Shown piece after piece: positions 46,980-55,904 of a DNA stretch of 64,000 nucleotides. Under the pieces are notes generated by a model that had not been told where the DNA came from, did not search any database, and was given only the letters and a program-made list of their open reading frames with translations. Both the position numbers and the translations under genes were made by a program. The stretch is from contig JBMORF010000076.1 of assembly GCA_049322315.1 (NCBI GenBank), positions 73,221-137,220 of the forward strand, read 5' to 3'. The stretch is from Thermodesulfobacteriota bacterium (GTDB lineage Bacteria; Desulfobacterota; Desulfobaccia; Desulfobaccales; 0-14-0-80-60-11). Within the stretch, counting starts at the first letter, position 1. The number at the start of each line of letters is the position of its first letter.

Positions 46980-48152
46980 TTATTGGGCCTCAAGGATGAA
47001 GCACTTGAGGTAGAGACTTTCCGGCAAAGACAGCAGCGCCGGGTGGTCTCTAGACGCGCCCCGGCGTTCAATGAGCCGGGCCTGGCGGTGGGCGTCGGCC
47101 GCGGCCTGGCGGACGATCTCCAGGAATTCCGGTTCGCTCAGGTTGTAGGAGCAGGAGCAGGTGATGAGCACCCCCCCGGGATTGAGGAGTTGGAAGGCCC
47201 GGCGGTTGATCTCAAGGTAGCCTTTGATGGCGCTCTCCCGGTCCCGGCGGCTCTTGGCGAACGCCGGGGGATCAAGCACAATGCAGTCAAAGCGCCGCCC
47301 CTGGGCCACCGCCTCTTTCAGGAAGGCGAAGACGTTTTCTTTCACCGGCTCCAGATTATCTAGATGATTAAGCCTGGCGTTCTCCTGAGCCCGGCTGAGC
47401 GCGGCCCCGGAGCTTTCCACCAGAGTTACTTTTTTACATTGCCGGGCCAGATGCAGGGCAAAGCCTCCCTGGTAGCTGAAGCAATCCAGGGCTTCACCTT
47501 GGGCATAAGTCGCCGCGGCCAGGTGGTTTTCCCGCTGGTCCAGGAAAAGGCCGGTCTTCTGGCCCCCCCTAAGGTCCACCAGGAAGCGCACCCCGCCTGC
47601 GGCCACCTCCACCAGGGGGGGCAGCTCCCCCCGGACGGTGGCTACTTCCCGGGGCAGACCCTCCAGACGCCGCACCTCCACGTCATTCCTTAAGGTGATA
47701 GATAGGGGAGTAAGATATTCTGTAAGAATATCAATCATTTCCGGCAGCACGGCCTCCATTCCCGGGTGCAGGACCTGGAGGGCCAGATGCCCGGCGTAAT
47801 GGTCAACGATCAGCCCCGGAAAGCCGTCCGCTTCTCCGTAAATCAAGCGGTAAGCCTCGGTGTCCGCCACCACCTGTTGCCGGTAGGCCCAAGCCTGCTT
47901 CAGGCGCTTTTCCCAGAAGCCCCGGTCGAGGGCTTCATCCTGATAAGTGACAAATCTCAAGGCGATACGGGATTTGGCGCTGTAGCAGGCCCGGCCCAGA
48001 AAGCGGCCTTGATGGTCCAGGACCCGCACCCAGGCCCCTCCAGGCAGCTCCGGGGGGGACACCGCCAGGTCATTCAAGTAGATCCAGGGGTGCCCGGTGC
48101 GCTGCCAGCGCCAACCCTTGGCCGTGAGACGCACCTCCGGCAACTGCGACAT
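46980..48152 (-). CDS. rlmI: 23S rRNA m5C methyltransferase RlmI-like (PUA plus class I MTase)
   Basis: 'GHPWIYLNDL' PUA/EEHEE N-terminus, 'ALDCFSYQGGFALHLA' motif I and 'IVLDPPAFAKS' motif IV. Confidence 0.8.
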   Translation of the reverse strand: MSQLPEVRLTAKGWRWQRTGHPWIYLNDLAVSPPELPGGAWVRVLDHQGRFLGRACYSAKSRIALRFVTYQDEALDRGFWEKRLKQAWAYRQQVVADTEAYRLIYGEADGFPGLIVDHYAGHLALQVLHPGMEAVLPEMIDILTEYLTPLSITLRNDVEVRRLEGLPREVATVRGELPPLVEVAAGGVRFLVDLRGGQKTGLFLDQRENHLAAATYAQGEALDCFSYQGGFALHLARQCKKVTLVESSGAALSRAQENARLNHLDNLEPVKENVFAFLKEAVAQGRRFDCIVLDPPAFAKSRRDRESAIKGYLEINRRAFQLLNPGGVLITCSCSYNLSEPEFLEIVRQAAADAHRQARLIERRGASRDHPALLSLPESLYLKCFILEAQ

Positions 48153-48170
48153 GATGACTCCGTTTTGTGT

Positions 48171-48201
48171 CAGTAGTCAGTGGTCAGTGGCCAGTGGCCA
48201 G
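48171..48201 (+). repeat. Heptamer tract, cagtagt/cagtggt/cagtggc
   Basis: cagtagtcagtggtcagtggccagtggccag begins 19 nt upstream of the rlmI start codon. Confidence 0.85.
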
Positions 48202-48295
48202 AAAAAAAGCAAGGGTAATTGGTCGCGGGATAATGGGTAGGGAAGGGGGGAGGGAAACCAATAGTTTGGGGACTCTAACCCCTGACCCCTGATTT

Positions 48296-48682
48296 TTATG
48301 GCCGCTTATTCTTTATTTCCTGATGGTCCGCATACTTTTTGCGGATAAACCTGGGGGCAAACTCCGGGTGTCCCAAATAGGCAGCCAGGGAGGACCGCAG
48401 TTGTTCCTGGAGCTGCGCCACGAGGGCGGGGATCTCCCCGGCTTCCACGAATATCCGCTCTTCCTGTTTGACAAACACCACTTTCTCGCCCAGGGCGGCG
48501 TTGACCTTATCCCCTTGGGATTGCAGTTCCGGAGGCAGGTTCTCGGGGGTAACGGCCACCGGCACCCTAATTTCCACCGCCACCTGCCAGCGGTCTCCGG
48601 TAAGGAGCCGGGACCGGTCCCAGAATTCCAGGATCAAGCCGTTCTTTAAGTTCTCCCGGGAGAGTAATTTCTCAGGTTCCAT
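48296..48682 (-). CDS. Hypothetical protein
   Basis: 128-aa ORF with normal composition and no overlap with a better ORF. No motif was recognised. Confidence 0.45.
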   Translation of the reverse strand: MEPEKLLSRENLKNGLILEFWDRSRLLTGDRWQVAVEIRVPVAVTPENLPPELQSQGDKVNAALGEKVVFVKQEERIFVEAGEIPALVAQLQEQLRSSLAAYLGHPEFAPRFIRKKYADHQEIKNKRP

Positions 48683-48895
48683 CTCGATTTTCCTTCAGTC
48701 TGTATTATACTATAAAAAATTAGGGCGCCTCGCCAATCCTCCTGCGATCCTGCCGCGCCCGGCGCGTAAGTCTCATGTCAAGATTAGGCGTTTGCTTCGC
48801 TTCCTGGGAAGGACATTATACCCGACTTTTTCAGGGTTCTTATAAAGTTCAGGCTTTTTTAACCTCTAGGCCATAATTTATTTTAAGGAGAGTGC

Positions 48896-49471
48896 ATGCG
48901 TAAACCGGTCATTTTTGCGATTATTGTGGCCCTCCTGGCCGGGAGCGCCATCCTGGGCGGCTACCTTTACCATCAGTACCAGCAATCCCCCCGCTACGCC
49001 CTGCAGCAGATGGTCCTGGCTTTGAAGGCCAAGGACATGGATAAGTTGTTTAACTACCTGGATATAAAGGAAATATTCCAGAACCTGGTGGATTCCTCCA
49101 CCAAGGCAAGCAATAATCCCCAGGACCAGCCAGCCGACGATTGGACCCGCTTCAGCCGCCAACTGGGACGTAAATTCGCCCGCCAGATCTTCCCCAAACT
49201 CTACGATAATTTTGAGACCCAGATTAAGCAGGCCATTGCTGCATATCTTCAAGACCTGAACCATACCCAAGTCCTGGCCCTGACCGCGGCCGTAGCCACT
49301 GCCAAAATCGAGGTGCAGGGGGAGGAGGCCCGGGTCACCATCTATGATCCCAAAAACCACCGGCCCATGCGCTTTCGCCTGCGCCGTTCCCCGGAGTCTG
49401 GCGCCTGGCGGGTGGTGTCCCTGAACTATAACGACTTTAAACATTTACTAAAAAGAGAATTATTCGGTTAA
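48896..49471 (+). CDS. Membrane-anchored hypothetical protein (DUF2939-like)
   Basis: aaggag SD. N-terminal TM helix 'VIFAIIVALLAGSAILGGYL' followed by 'SPRYALQQMVLALKAKDMDKLFNYLD'. The antisense ORF 48878..49444 is rejected. Confidence 0.55.
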   Translation: MRKPVIFAIIVALLAGSAILGGYLYHQYQQSPRYALQQMVLALKAKDMDKLFNYLDIKEIFQNLVDSSTKASNNPQDQPADDWTRFSRQLGRKFARQIFPKLYDNFETQIKQAIAAYLQDLNHTQVLALTAAVATAKIEVQGEEARVTIYDPKNHRPMRFRLRRSPESGAWRVVSLNYNDFKHLLKRELFG

Positions 49472-49517
49472 ACGCTCCAAAAGATAACGTCTGATAATAT
49501 ATATTATGTAAACTAAG

Positions 49518-49976
49518 ATGATAGTGGAAGAAGTCTGTCCCCAATGCGGTTACCGCACCCGGCGTTACCGCAATCCCATCCCCACCGTGGATCTAATTAT
49601 TGAATTGCCGGATCAGGGTCTGGTATTGATTGAGCGCGGCCGGCCTCCCTGGGGCTGGGCCTTGCCCGGAGGCTTCGTGGACTACGGCGAGTCCCTGGAG
49701 GACGCCGCCCGCCGGGAGGCCCGGGAAGAAACCAATCTAGAGGTGAAACTTTTAGGTCAGTTCCAGACGTATTCCGACCCCGGCCGGGACCCCCGGCAGC
49801 ATACCATCACCACCGTGTACGTGGCTTTAGGCCACGGCGTCCCCCAGGCCGCGGACGACGCCCGGGCCCTGGCGGTCTTTCCCCCGGAGAAAATCCCTGA
49901 AGTCCTGGCCTTCGACCACGCCCGGATACTGGCGGATTACCTCAAGGTTCGCCGGGAATGGCTGGCGAAAATCTGA
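49518..49976 (+). CDS. NUDIX hydrolase with an N-terminal zinc ribbon
   Basis: 'CPQCGYRT' and the Nudix box '[24 protein letters not shown]'. Confidence 0.85.
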   Translation: MIVEEVCPQCGYRTRRYRNPIPTVDLIIELPDQGLVLIERGRPPWGWALPGGFVDYGESLEDAARREAREETNLEVKLLGQFQTYSDPGRDPRQHTITTVYVALGHGVPQAADDARALAVFPPEKIPEVLAFDHARILADYLKVRREWLAKI

Positions 49977-50044
49977 GAAAAACTCTAAGTAAATTCCTTA
50001 ACCGAAAAAATTTAAAATTGTGATCTCTGCGAAGTGCCTCTTTT

Positions 50045-50178
50045 GCCATTCTGAACGGAGCGCAGCGCAAGAATCTCGTTTTTGGCAGCACAGCTTTTCC
50101 GCCACATACTGATAATTACTACCTGATTGGGATTCCTGGGCGCTAACATGCGAGATCCTTCACTGCGTTCAGGATGAC
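50045..50178. repeat. 'cattctgaacggagcg' hairpin element (related to the MITE B core)
   Basis: gccattctgaacggagcgcagcgcaagaatctcg ... cgagatccttcactgcgttcaggatgac. Confidence 0.7.
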
Positions 50179-50228
50179 AGAAAAACAGATTCTGTCATTA
50201 TCTTGCCCCTGGTAAAAATAACTTCTTG

Positions 50229-50265
50229 AAAATCCCCCTAAATCCCCCTTTAATAAAGGGGGACT
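50229..50265 (+). repeat. ccccc/ggggg-box repeat unit, copy C2
   Basis: aaatccccctaaatccccctttaataaagggggac. Confidence 0.8.
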
Positions 50266-50270
50266 TTTAA

Positions 50271-50349
50271 GGCTTGGTTATAGGCCCGAAGGCTTGGTTA
50301 TAGGCCCGAAGGCTTGGTTATAGGCCCGAAGGCTTGGTTATAGGCCCGG
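50271..50349 (+). repeat. Perfect 20-bp tandem repeat x4
   Basis: (ggcttggttataggcccgaa) x4; only the last base of the fourth unit differs. Confidence 0.95.
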
Positions 50350-50415
50350 AAGTTGGCGGGAACAAAGGTCTCTTTTTTACATATTCGAAATTATTAAAGA
50401 AATGGCGGTATTTTG

Positions 50416-50454
50416 ATCCCCCCCTTTTCTAAAGGGGGGCCAGGGGGGATTTTT
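50416..50454 (-). repeat. ccccc/ggggg-box repeat unit, copy C3 (inverted relative to C2)
   Basis: atcccccccttttctaaaggggggccaggggggattttt ends 17 nt before the methyltransferase ATG. Confidence 0.8.
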
Positions 50455-50471
50455 CCCCGGCAGGAGAGCCC

Positions 50472-52097
50472 ATGGCCGACTGGAAAAACCAGCTCTTTTT
50501 CGGGGACAACCTGGAGATACTCCGGGAGCACATCCCCGTGAACAGCGTGGACCTGATCTACCTGGACCCGCCTTTTAACTCCAAGGCCACCTACAACGTC
50601 CTGTTCGCGGAAAAAAGCGGCGAGAAGTCCGCGGCCCAGATCACCGCGTTCGAGGACACCTGGCACTGGGGCCGGGAGTCCGAGGCCGCCTACCACGAAG
50701 TGGTGACCCTGGGTCCCCGGAAGCTCTCCGACCTTCTCCAGGCCCTGCGCAGCTTTTTGGGCGCCAACGACATGATGGCCTACCTCACCATGATGGCCGT
50801 GCGCCTGGTGGAACTCCACCGGGTCCTGAAGGCCACGGGGAGTATTTATCTGCATTGTGATCCCACGGCGAGCCATTATCTGAAACTTGTCTTGGATTCA
50901 ATTTTTTCACCTTATAATTTTAGAAATGAAATTACATGGCGAAGATCCCACCCGAAAGGCCATGCCTTCAAAAGATTTGCTCGGAACCATGATATAATTT
51001 TTGCTTATGCAAAAGAATTTCGCAATGTTACGTGGAATCCCCAATTTAAACAACATGATATTGAAAAAGTATCTAAACAATATACTCTTAAAGATGCAGA
51101 TGGAAGGCTCTATCAATTAACAAGTTTATTAAACCCAAACCCTGACCGCCCAAATCTTACTTATGAATTTTTGGGAGTGACAAAAGTATGGCGTTGGACC
51201 AAAGATCGCATGTTAGAAGAGCTTTTAAAAGGTCGGATAATTGTCCCTAAAGGAGGGAGAGGAATTCCTCGTTATAAAAGGTATCTAGATGAACAAGAAG
51301 GAGTTCCTATTGATGACTTTTGGTACGATATTGAATTCCCTGCCGGAAGTGAACGCCTCGGCTACCCCACCCAAAAACCCGAAGCCCTGCTAGAACGTAT
51401 CATCCAGGCCGGTAGCAATGAAGGGGACGTAGTCTTGGACCCCTTCTGCGGTTGCGGCACCGCGCTCATCGCCGCGGAACGCTTAAAGCGCCGCTGGCTG
51501 GGCATCGACATCACCCACCTGGCCATCACCCTCATAAAGAACCGCCTGCACGACACCTTCGGCCCGGACCTGGCGTCTTTCGAGGTCATCGGCGAGCCCG
51601 CGGACTTGACCAGCGCCCAGGCCCTGGCCCAGGAAAACCGCCATCAGTTCGAATATTGGGCCTTGGGCCTGGTGGACGCCCGCCCCGCCCAGGATAAGAA
51701 AAAGGGCGCGGACTCCGGCGTGGACGGCATTATAGACTTTAACGACGACAACAGCGGCATCTATAAAAAATTGGTTATCCAGGTGAAGAGCGGCCACGTG
51801 GCGGCAGCCCAAATCCGGGACCTGAAAGGGGTGCGGGAGCGGGAGAAGGCACCCATCGCCGCGTTTATCACCCTTAACCCCCCTACCCGGCCCATGAAGG
51901 AGGAGGCCGCGGCCGCGGGCTTCTATGAGCCGGAACACTTCCCCGGCCATCGCTACCCCCGGGTGCAGATTCTCACCATCGCCGAAATTTTCGGGGGCAA
52001 GACCCTGGAGTACCCCCGCTTCGCCCTCCCCGGCACCTTCAAAAAGGCGGTCCGCCGCCGCCGGGACCCGGGGGACAAGCAGGATAAGCTGCTATGA
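50472..52097 (+). CDS. Beta-class N4/N6 DNA methyltransferase with a C-terminal Mrr-like nuclease-fold domain
   Basis: Motif IV '[11 protein letters not shown]' comes first, and motif I '[28 protein letters not shown]' comes later (beta order). The tail is listed as the next feature. No separate REase gene is adjacent. Confidence 0.85.
   Translation: MADWKNQLFFGDNLEILREHIPVNSVDLIYLDPPFNSKATYNVLFAEKSGEKSAAQITAFEDTWHWGRESEAAYHEVVTLGPRKLSDLLQALRSFLGANDMMAYLTMMAVRLVELHRVLKATGSIYLHCDPTASHYLKLVLDSIFSPYNFRNEITWRRSHPKGHAFKRFARNHDIIFAYAKEFRNVTWNPQFKQHDIEKVSKQYTLKDADGRLYQLTSLLNPNPDRPNLTYEFLGVTKVWRWTKDRMLEELLKGRIIVPKGGRGIPRYKRYLDEQEGVPIDDFWYDIEFPAGSERLGYPTQKPEALLERIIQAGSNEGDVVLDPFCGCGTALIAAERLKRRWLGIDITHLAITLIKNRLHDTFGPDLASFEVIGEPADLTSAQALAQENRHQFEYWALGLVDARPAQDKKKGADSGVDGIIDFNDDNSGIYKKLVIQVKSGHVAAAQIRDLKGVREREKAPIAAFITLNPPTRPMKEEAAAAGFYEPEHFPGHRYPRVQILTIAEIFGGKTLEYPRFALPGTFKKAVRRRRDPGDKQDKLL
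51640..51890 (+). other. Mrr_cat-like (PD-(D/E)xK) domain in the methyltransferase tail
   Basis: '[31 protein letters not shown]' matches the D...(E/Q)xK pattern of Mrr-type restriction endonuclease domains. Confidence 0.5.
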
Positions 52098-52113
52098 TTT
52101 TCCCGTTGCCTTT

Positions 52114-52191
52114 GTCATTCTGAGGGAGCCGCAGGCGACAAGAATCTCTAAAGGCGAGATTCTTCACTCCGCTGCGCTCCGTTCAGAATGA
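52114..52191. repeat. 'gtcattctga...tcagaatgac' hairpin element
   Basis: gtcattctgagggagccgcaggcgacaagaatctc-taaaggc-gagattcttcactccgctgcgctccgttcagaatgac. Confidence 0.8.
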
Positions 52192-52214
52192 CAAAATGAC
52201 CAATAATGCCAGAT

Positions 52215-52412
52215 ACCTAAAACCTAAAACCTAAAACCTAAAACCAAGACCCAAGAACCAAGACCCAAGACCCAAGACCCAAGAACCAAGACCCAAGAAC
52301 CAAGACCCAAGAACCAAGAACCAAGAACCAAGACCCAAGAACCAAGAACCAAGACCCAAGAACCAAGAACCAAGAACCAAGAACCAAGAACCAAGAACCA
52401 AGAACCTAAAAA
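52215..52412 (+). repeat. Long heptanucleotide tandem array (acctaaa x4, then ccaagaa/ccaagac for about 24 units)
   Basis: 198 nt of uninterrupted 7-nt periodicity, ending 10 nt upstream of the waaA ATG. ORF 52231..52491 (LGSWF repeats) is its translation artefact. Confidence 0.95.
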
Positions 52413-52422
52413 CCGCCTCTAA

Positions 52423-53730
52423 ATGATTCCTTTCTATAAAACCGTCAGCACCCTGGCCGGCCTCCTGGGCTGGCCATATTTCTATTGGCATCTGAAGCGC
52501 CGGGGCTTAGGCGAGAGTTTTTTGCCCCGCCTGGGGGTGGCACTACCCCCCCCTCCCCCGCCGGGCCAGCCCCGCCTCTGGCTCCATGGCGTTTCCGTGG
52601 GGGAAATCCTGGCGGCTGCGCCCCTGTTTCAGGAAATAAAGCGCCTCCTGCCCCAGGCGGCCCTTACCATCACCACGGGCACGGAAACCGGCCAGGCCGT
52701 GGCCCGGAAGAATTATGCACCCTTAGGCGCGCAGGTCTGCTACTTCCCCCTGGATATTCCCTGGGCCGTGGCTCGCTACCTGCGGCATCTTCAGCCCCGG
52801 GTCTTTGTCACCCTGGAATCGGAGCTTTGGCCCAACTTCCTGACCCAGGCCCATGAGGCGGGGGTGCGCCTGGCCTTGGTCAATGGCCGGCTGTCCGATA
52901 AATCCTTCAGAAGGTTTATTAAATATAGGCGGTATGTTATTGATATATTAGATTATATTGAAGTATATGCCGCGGGTTCTCCCCAGGATTACGAACGCTA
53001 TCAGGCCTTGGGGCTGGACCCCGGCAAGCTCCATCTCACCGGCAACCTCAAGATCGACCGCCTCCTGATGGCCCGGGAACCGCAAAAAGTGGCGGAATTT
53101 CGCGGGATTTTGCACCTGGACAGGGATTTATCGCCGCCGCCCCCCGTCTTCCTGGCCGCGTCCACCCACCCCGGAGAAGAAGACGTGGTCCTGGAGGCTT
53201 ATCAGGAATTACGGGCCCCCTACCCTGCTCTACTCCTCCTTTTGGCCCCCCGCCATCCGGAACGGGCCCCGGAGTTGGGCCGTCTGCTGCAAGAATTCCA
53301 TCTGCCCTGCCATTACTTCAGCCGCCTGAAAGAAGGCCGGGAAAGCCGGGTGCACCCGGTGGTCATCATCGACACCATCGGCGACCTTTTCACTCTTTAC
53401 GGCCTGGCGACCGCGGCCCTGGTGGGCGGCAGCCTGGTGCCCCACGGCGGCCAGAATATCCTGGAACCCGCGGCCTGGGGACTGTCTCCCATTTACGGCC
53501 GGCACCTGGATAATTTCCGTTGGGCCGAAGCCATCCTTAGGGAAGCCCAAGCCGGGACCCTGATCCGGGACGTGTCTTCCCTGACAGAAGCCCTCCGCCG
53601 CCATCTGGACCACCCGGAGGAAGTCCGGGCGGCAGGGTTACGGGCCCAAAACGCGCTCAGCCTCCACCAGGGCGCGGCCCGACGCCAGGCGGAGTTGATT
53701 GTTAAGTTAGCAGTAAGCAGTGAGCAGTAA
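52423..53730 (+). CDS. waaA: 3-deoxy-D-manno-octulosonic acid (Kdo) transferase
   Basis: 'LWLHGVSVGEILAAAPLFQEIK', 'TTGTETG' and a GT-B C-terminal half. The last codons and stop lie inside the gcagtaa heptamers. Confidence 0.9.
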   Translation: MIPFYKTVSTLAGLLGWPYFYWHLKRRGLGESFLPRLGVALPPPPPPGQPRLWLHGVSVGEILAAAPLFQEIKRLLPQAALTITTGTETGQAVARKNYAPLGAQVCYFPLDIPWAVARYLRHLQPRVFVTLESELWPNFLTQAHEAGVRLALVNGRLSDKSFRRFIKYRRYVIDILDYIEVYAAGSPQDYERYQALGLDPGKLHLTGNLKIDRLLMAREPQKVAEFRGILHLDRDLSPPPPVFLAASTHPGEEDVVLEAYQELRAPYPALLLLLAPRHPERAPELGRLLQEFHLPCHYFSRLKEGRESRVHPVVIIDTIGDLFTLYGLATAALVGGSLVPHGGQNILEPAAWGLSPIYGRHLDNFRWAEAILREAQAGTLIRDVSSLTEALRRHLDHPEEVRAAGLRAQNALSLHQGAARRQAELIVKLAVSSEQ

Positions 53731-53734
53731 GCAG
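53710..53734 (+). repeat. Heptamer tract gcagtaa/gcagtga (left arm)
   Basis: gcagtaagcagtgagcagtaagcag is the reverse complement of the tract at 53896-53941. Confidence 0.85.
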
Positions 53735-53895
53735 TTATGCCTGAGTCTGGGGGGTAACCGTGAACCGGAAGAAGCTCTCCCCCCTCACCCCGGCCCTCTC
53801 CCCCCAGCAGGGGAAGAGGGAGTAATAACTCCTCAACTAAACTTTCAGGGCGGTAAGTACAGAATATCCCCAAAGTAATTTTATGGCCGCCGCCC

Positions 53896-53941
53896 ACTGC
53901 TTACTGCTTACTGCTTACTGCTTACTGCTTACTGCTCACTG
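53896..53941 (-). repeat. Heptamer tract ctgctta x5.5 (right arm, inverted)
   Basis: cactgcttactgcttactgcttactgcttactgctcactg. Confidence 0.9.
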
Positions 53942-54020
53942 TCCCCCCCTTTCCACTGGAAAAGTTCTGGGTTATAGGTTATATATTGAAAAAATAAAGG
54001 AAAATACCCATCTTTCTCTG

Positions 54021-55820
54021 ATGAAACGAGATCTGCAATTATATTTCCGGCTTTTACGGTATTTAAAACCCATGTGGCTGCGTTTTGTGGTGGCCACCGT
54101 AGCCATGCTGACGGTCTCCGCCATCACCGCCCTCCTGGCCTTCCTGGTGAAGCCGGTGTTGGACGACGTCTTTTTCGCCAAACGCGTGGAAATGCTCTAT
54201 CTGCTCCCTCTCCTGGTGGTGGTGCTCTATTTTGTCAAAGGAGTGATGACCTATACCCATCAATATCAGATGAGCTATATCGGCAACGGCACCATTAACC
54301 GCCTGCGGGACGAGCTTTTCTCCCATATCCAGCGCCAGTCCCTGTCCTTTTTCGACCACCAGCCCTCCGGGGAACTGATGAGCCGTATCGCCTATGACGT
54401 CAACCTCCTCCAGGAGTCGGTGACCCGGGTGGTCACCGGCTTTTTTAAGGACGCGTTCACGGCTGCCGGCCTCATTACCATCATTTTCTACCGGGAATGG
54501 CGCCTGGCTCTGATGGCCATCGTCGCCTTCCCCCTGGCGGTTTGGGTCATCGTCCGGGTGGGCAAACGCCTCCGCCGCATTTCCATCCATACCCAGGAGG
54601 CCATGGCCCGGCTCTATATCGTCCTCCAGGAGAGCATCGCCGGCCAACGCATCGTTAAGGCCTTCACCCGGGAAGACTATGAAAGCCGGCGGTTCGCCCG
54701 CCAAAACCTGGAGTATTTCCAGGCCCGGGTGAGACAGACCGCCACCCGGGAGCTGACGCCGCCCACCATGGAGATGCTGGGGGCTTTGGGCATGGCCGGC
54801 ATCATCTTTTACGGCGGTTATAACGTCATCCAGGGGACTTCCACCCCCGGCACCTTCTTTTCATTTCTGGCCGCCTTGTTGATGCTCTATCAGCCCGTCA
54901 AGGGGCTAAGCGGCGTGCATAACACCATCCAGGAAGGGCTGGCTGCGGCCCAGCGGGTCTTCGGCCTCCTGGATTTGGAGCCCTCCATCCAGGACCGCCC
55001 CGGGGCCCGGACCCTGCCGCCCATTTCCCGGGATATCGTCTATCAGGGGGTCTCCTTTACCTATGATGACCGTCCGGTGCTCCGGGAGATCGACCTGACG
55101 GTGCGCCGGGGAGAGATGCTGGCCCTGGTGGGTCCCAGCGGCGCCGGGAAAACCACGCTACTTAACCTTCTGCCCCGCTTCTATGAGGTGACCCAGGGGG
55201 CCATCCTGATCGACGGCCAGGACCTCCGGGAGGTGACCCTGGACTCGCTGCGGGCCCAGATGGGGCTGGTGACCCAGCAGACCATCCTCTTCAACGACAC
55301 GGTGCGCTACAACGTGGCCTACGGCCGCATCGAGGCCGGGGAAGAGGAAATCATCGACGCGCTCAAAGCGGCGTATGCTTATGATTTTGTCATGCAGCTC
55401 CCTAAAGGCCTGGATACCATGATCGGCGAGCAGGGGGTGCGGCTGTCCGGCGGTGAACGCCAGCGCCTGGCCATCGCCCGGGCCTTGCTCAAGGACCCCC
55501 CCATCCTCATTTTGGATGAAGCCACCTCGTCTCTCGACTCCGAAGCCGAACGGGAGGTGCAACAAGCCCTGGACCAGCTCATCAAAGGCCGCACCACCCT
55601 GGTCATCGCCCATCGCCTCTCCACCGTCCGCAATGCCGACCGTATCATCGTCCTGGCCGAGGGCCGCATTGTCGAAGTGGGCTCCCACGGGGAACTGATG
55701 CAACAGGACGGCCTCTATAAGCGCCTCTACGAGATGCAGTTTAGGGAAGAAGAGGTGGAGGAGGCGGAGGAAGAGCTAAAGGATAGTTCAAGGTTCAAGG
55801 TTCAAAGTTCAAGGTTATAG
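54021..55820 (+). CDS. msbA: Lipid A export ABC transporter (MsbA)
   Basis: Start at MKRDLQLYFRLLRY (the track ORF starts at 53883, inside the heptamers). Six TM segments, Walker A 'GPSGAGKTT', 'LSGGERQR' and 'ILILDEATS'. The last ~10 codons are encoded by aaggttc heptamers. Confidence 0.9.
   Translation: MKRDLQLYFRLLRYLKPMWLRFVVATVAMLTVSAITALLAFLVKPVLDDVFFAKRVEMLYLLPLLVVVLYFVKGVMTYTHQYQMSYIGNGTINRLRDELFSHIQRQSLSFFDHQPSGELMSRIAYDVNLLQESVTRVVTGFFKDAFTAAGLITIIFYREWRLALMAIVAFPLAVWVIVRVGKRLRRISIHTQEAMARLYIVLQESIAGQRIVKAFTREDYESRRFARQNLEYFQARVRQTATRELTPPTMEMLGALGMAGIIFYGGYNVIQGTSTPGTFFSFLAALLMLYQPVKGLSGVHNTIQEGLAAAQRVFGLLDLEPSIQDRPGARTLPPISRDIVYQGVSFTYDDRPVLREIDLTVRRGEMLALVGPSGAGKTTLLNLLPRFYEVTQGAILIDGQDLREVTLDSLRAQMGLVTQQTILFNDTVRYNVAYGRIEAGEEEIIDALKAAYAYDFVMQLPKGLDTMIGEQGVRLSGGERQRLAIARALLKDPPILILDEATSSLDSEAEREVQQALDQLIKGRTTLVIAHRLSTVRNADRIIVLAEGRIVEVGSHGELMQQDGLYKRLYEMQFREEEVEEAEEELKDSSRFKVQSSRL
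55786..55816 (+). repeat. Heptamer tract, gttcaag/gttcaaa
   Basis: gttcaaggttcaaggttcaaagttcaaggtt covers the msbA 3' end. Confidence 0.85.
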
Positions 55821-55904
55821 CCCTTGTGTGACAATGTCCGTTTCATTAGCGACTCCTTGTATGATACCTATCTATGACAAAATAATTAAACCGGGTGTTC
55901 ACAT

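Noticed and set aside
48878-49444. 188-aa minus-strand ORF overlapping 48896..49471
   Set aside because: The plus-strand ORF has an SD, an N-terminal TM helix and balanced composition. The minus-strand product is Gly/His/Gln-rich with no features.
50271-52412. Tandem arrays considered as CRISPR
   Set aside because: The units are contiguous, at 20 bp x4 and 7 bp x about 28, with no unique spacers. No cas genes are present in the window.
52231-52491. 86-aa ORF on the minus strand with LGSWFLVLGSWF repeats
   Set aside because: It is simply the translation of the ccaagaa/ccaagac heptamer array. It has no independent coding signal, and it runs into the waaA start region.
53493-53897. 134-aa minus-strand ORF spanning the waaA-msbA gap
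   Set aside because: It is built from the antisense of waaA plus intergenic repeats (GGEGRGEGG from a ctctcccc/ggggagag-type hairpin). It has no coding support.
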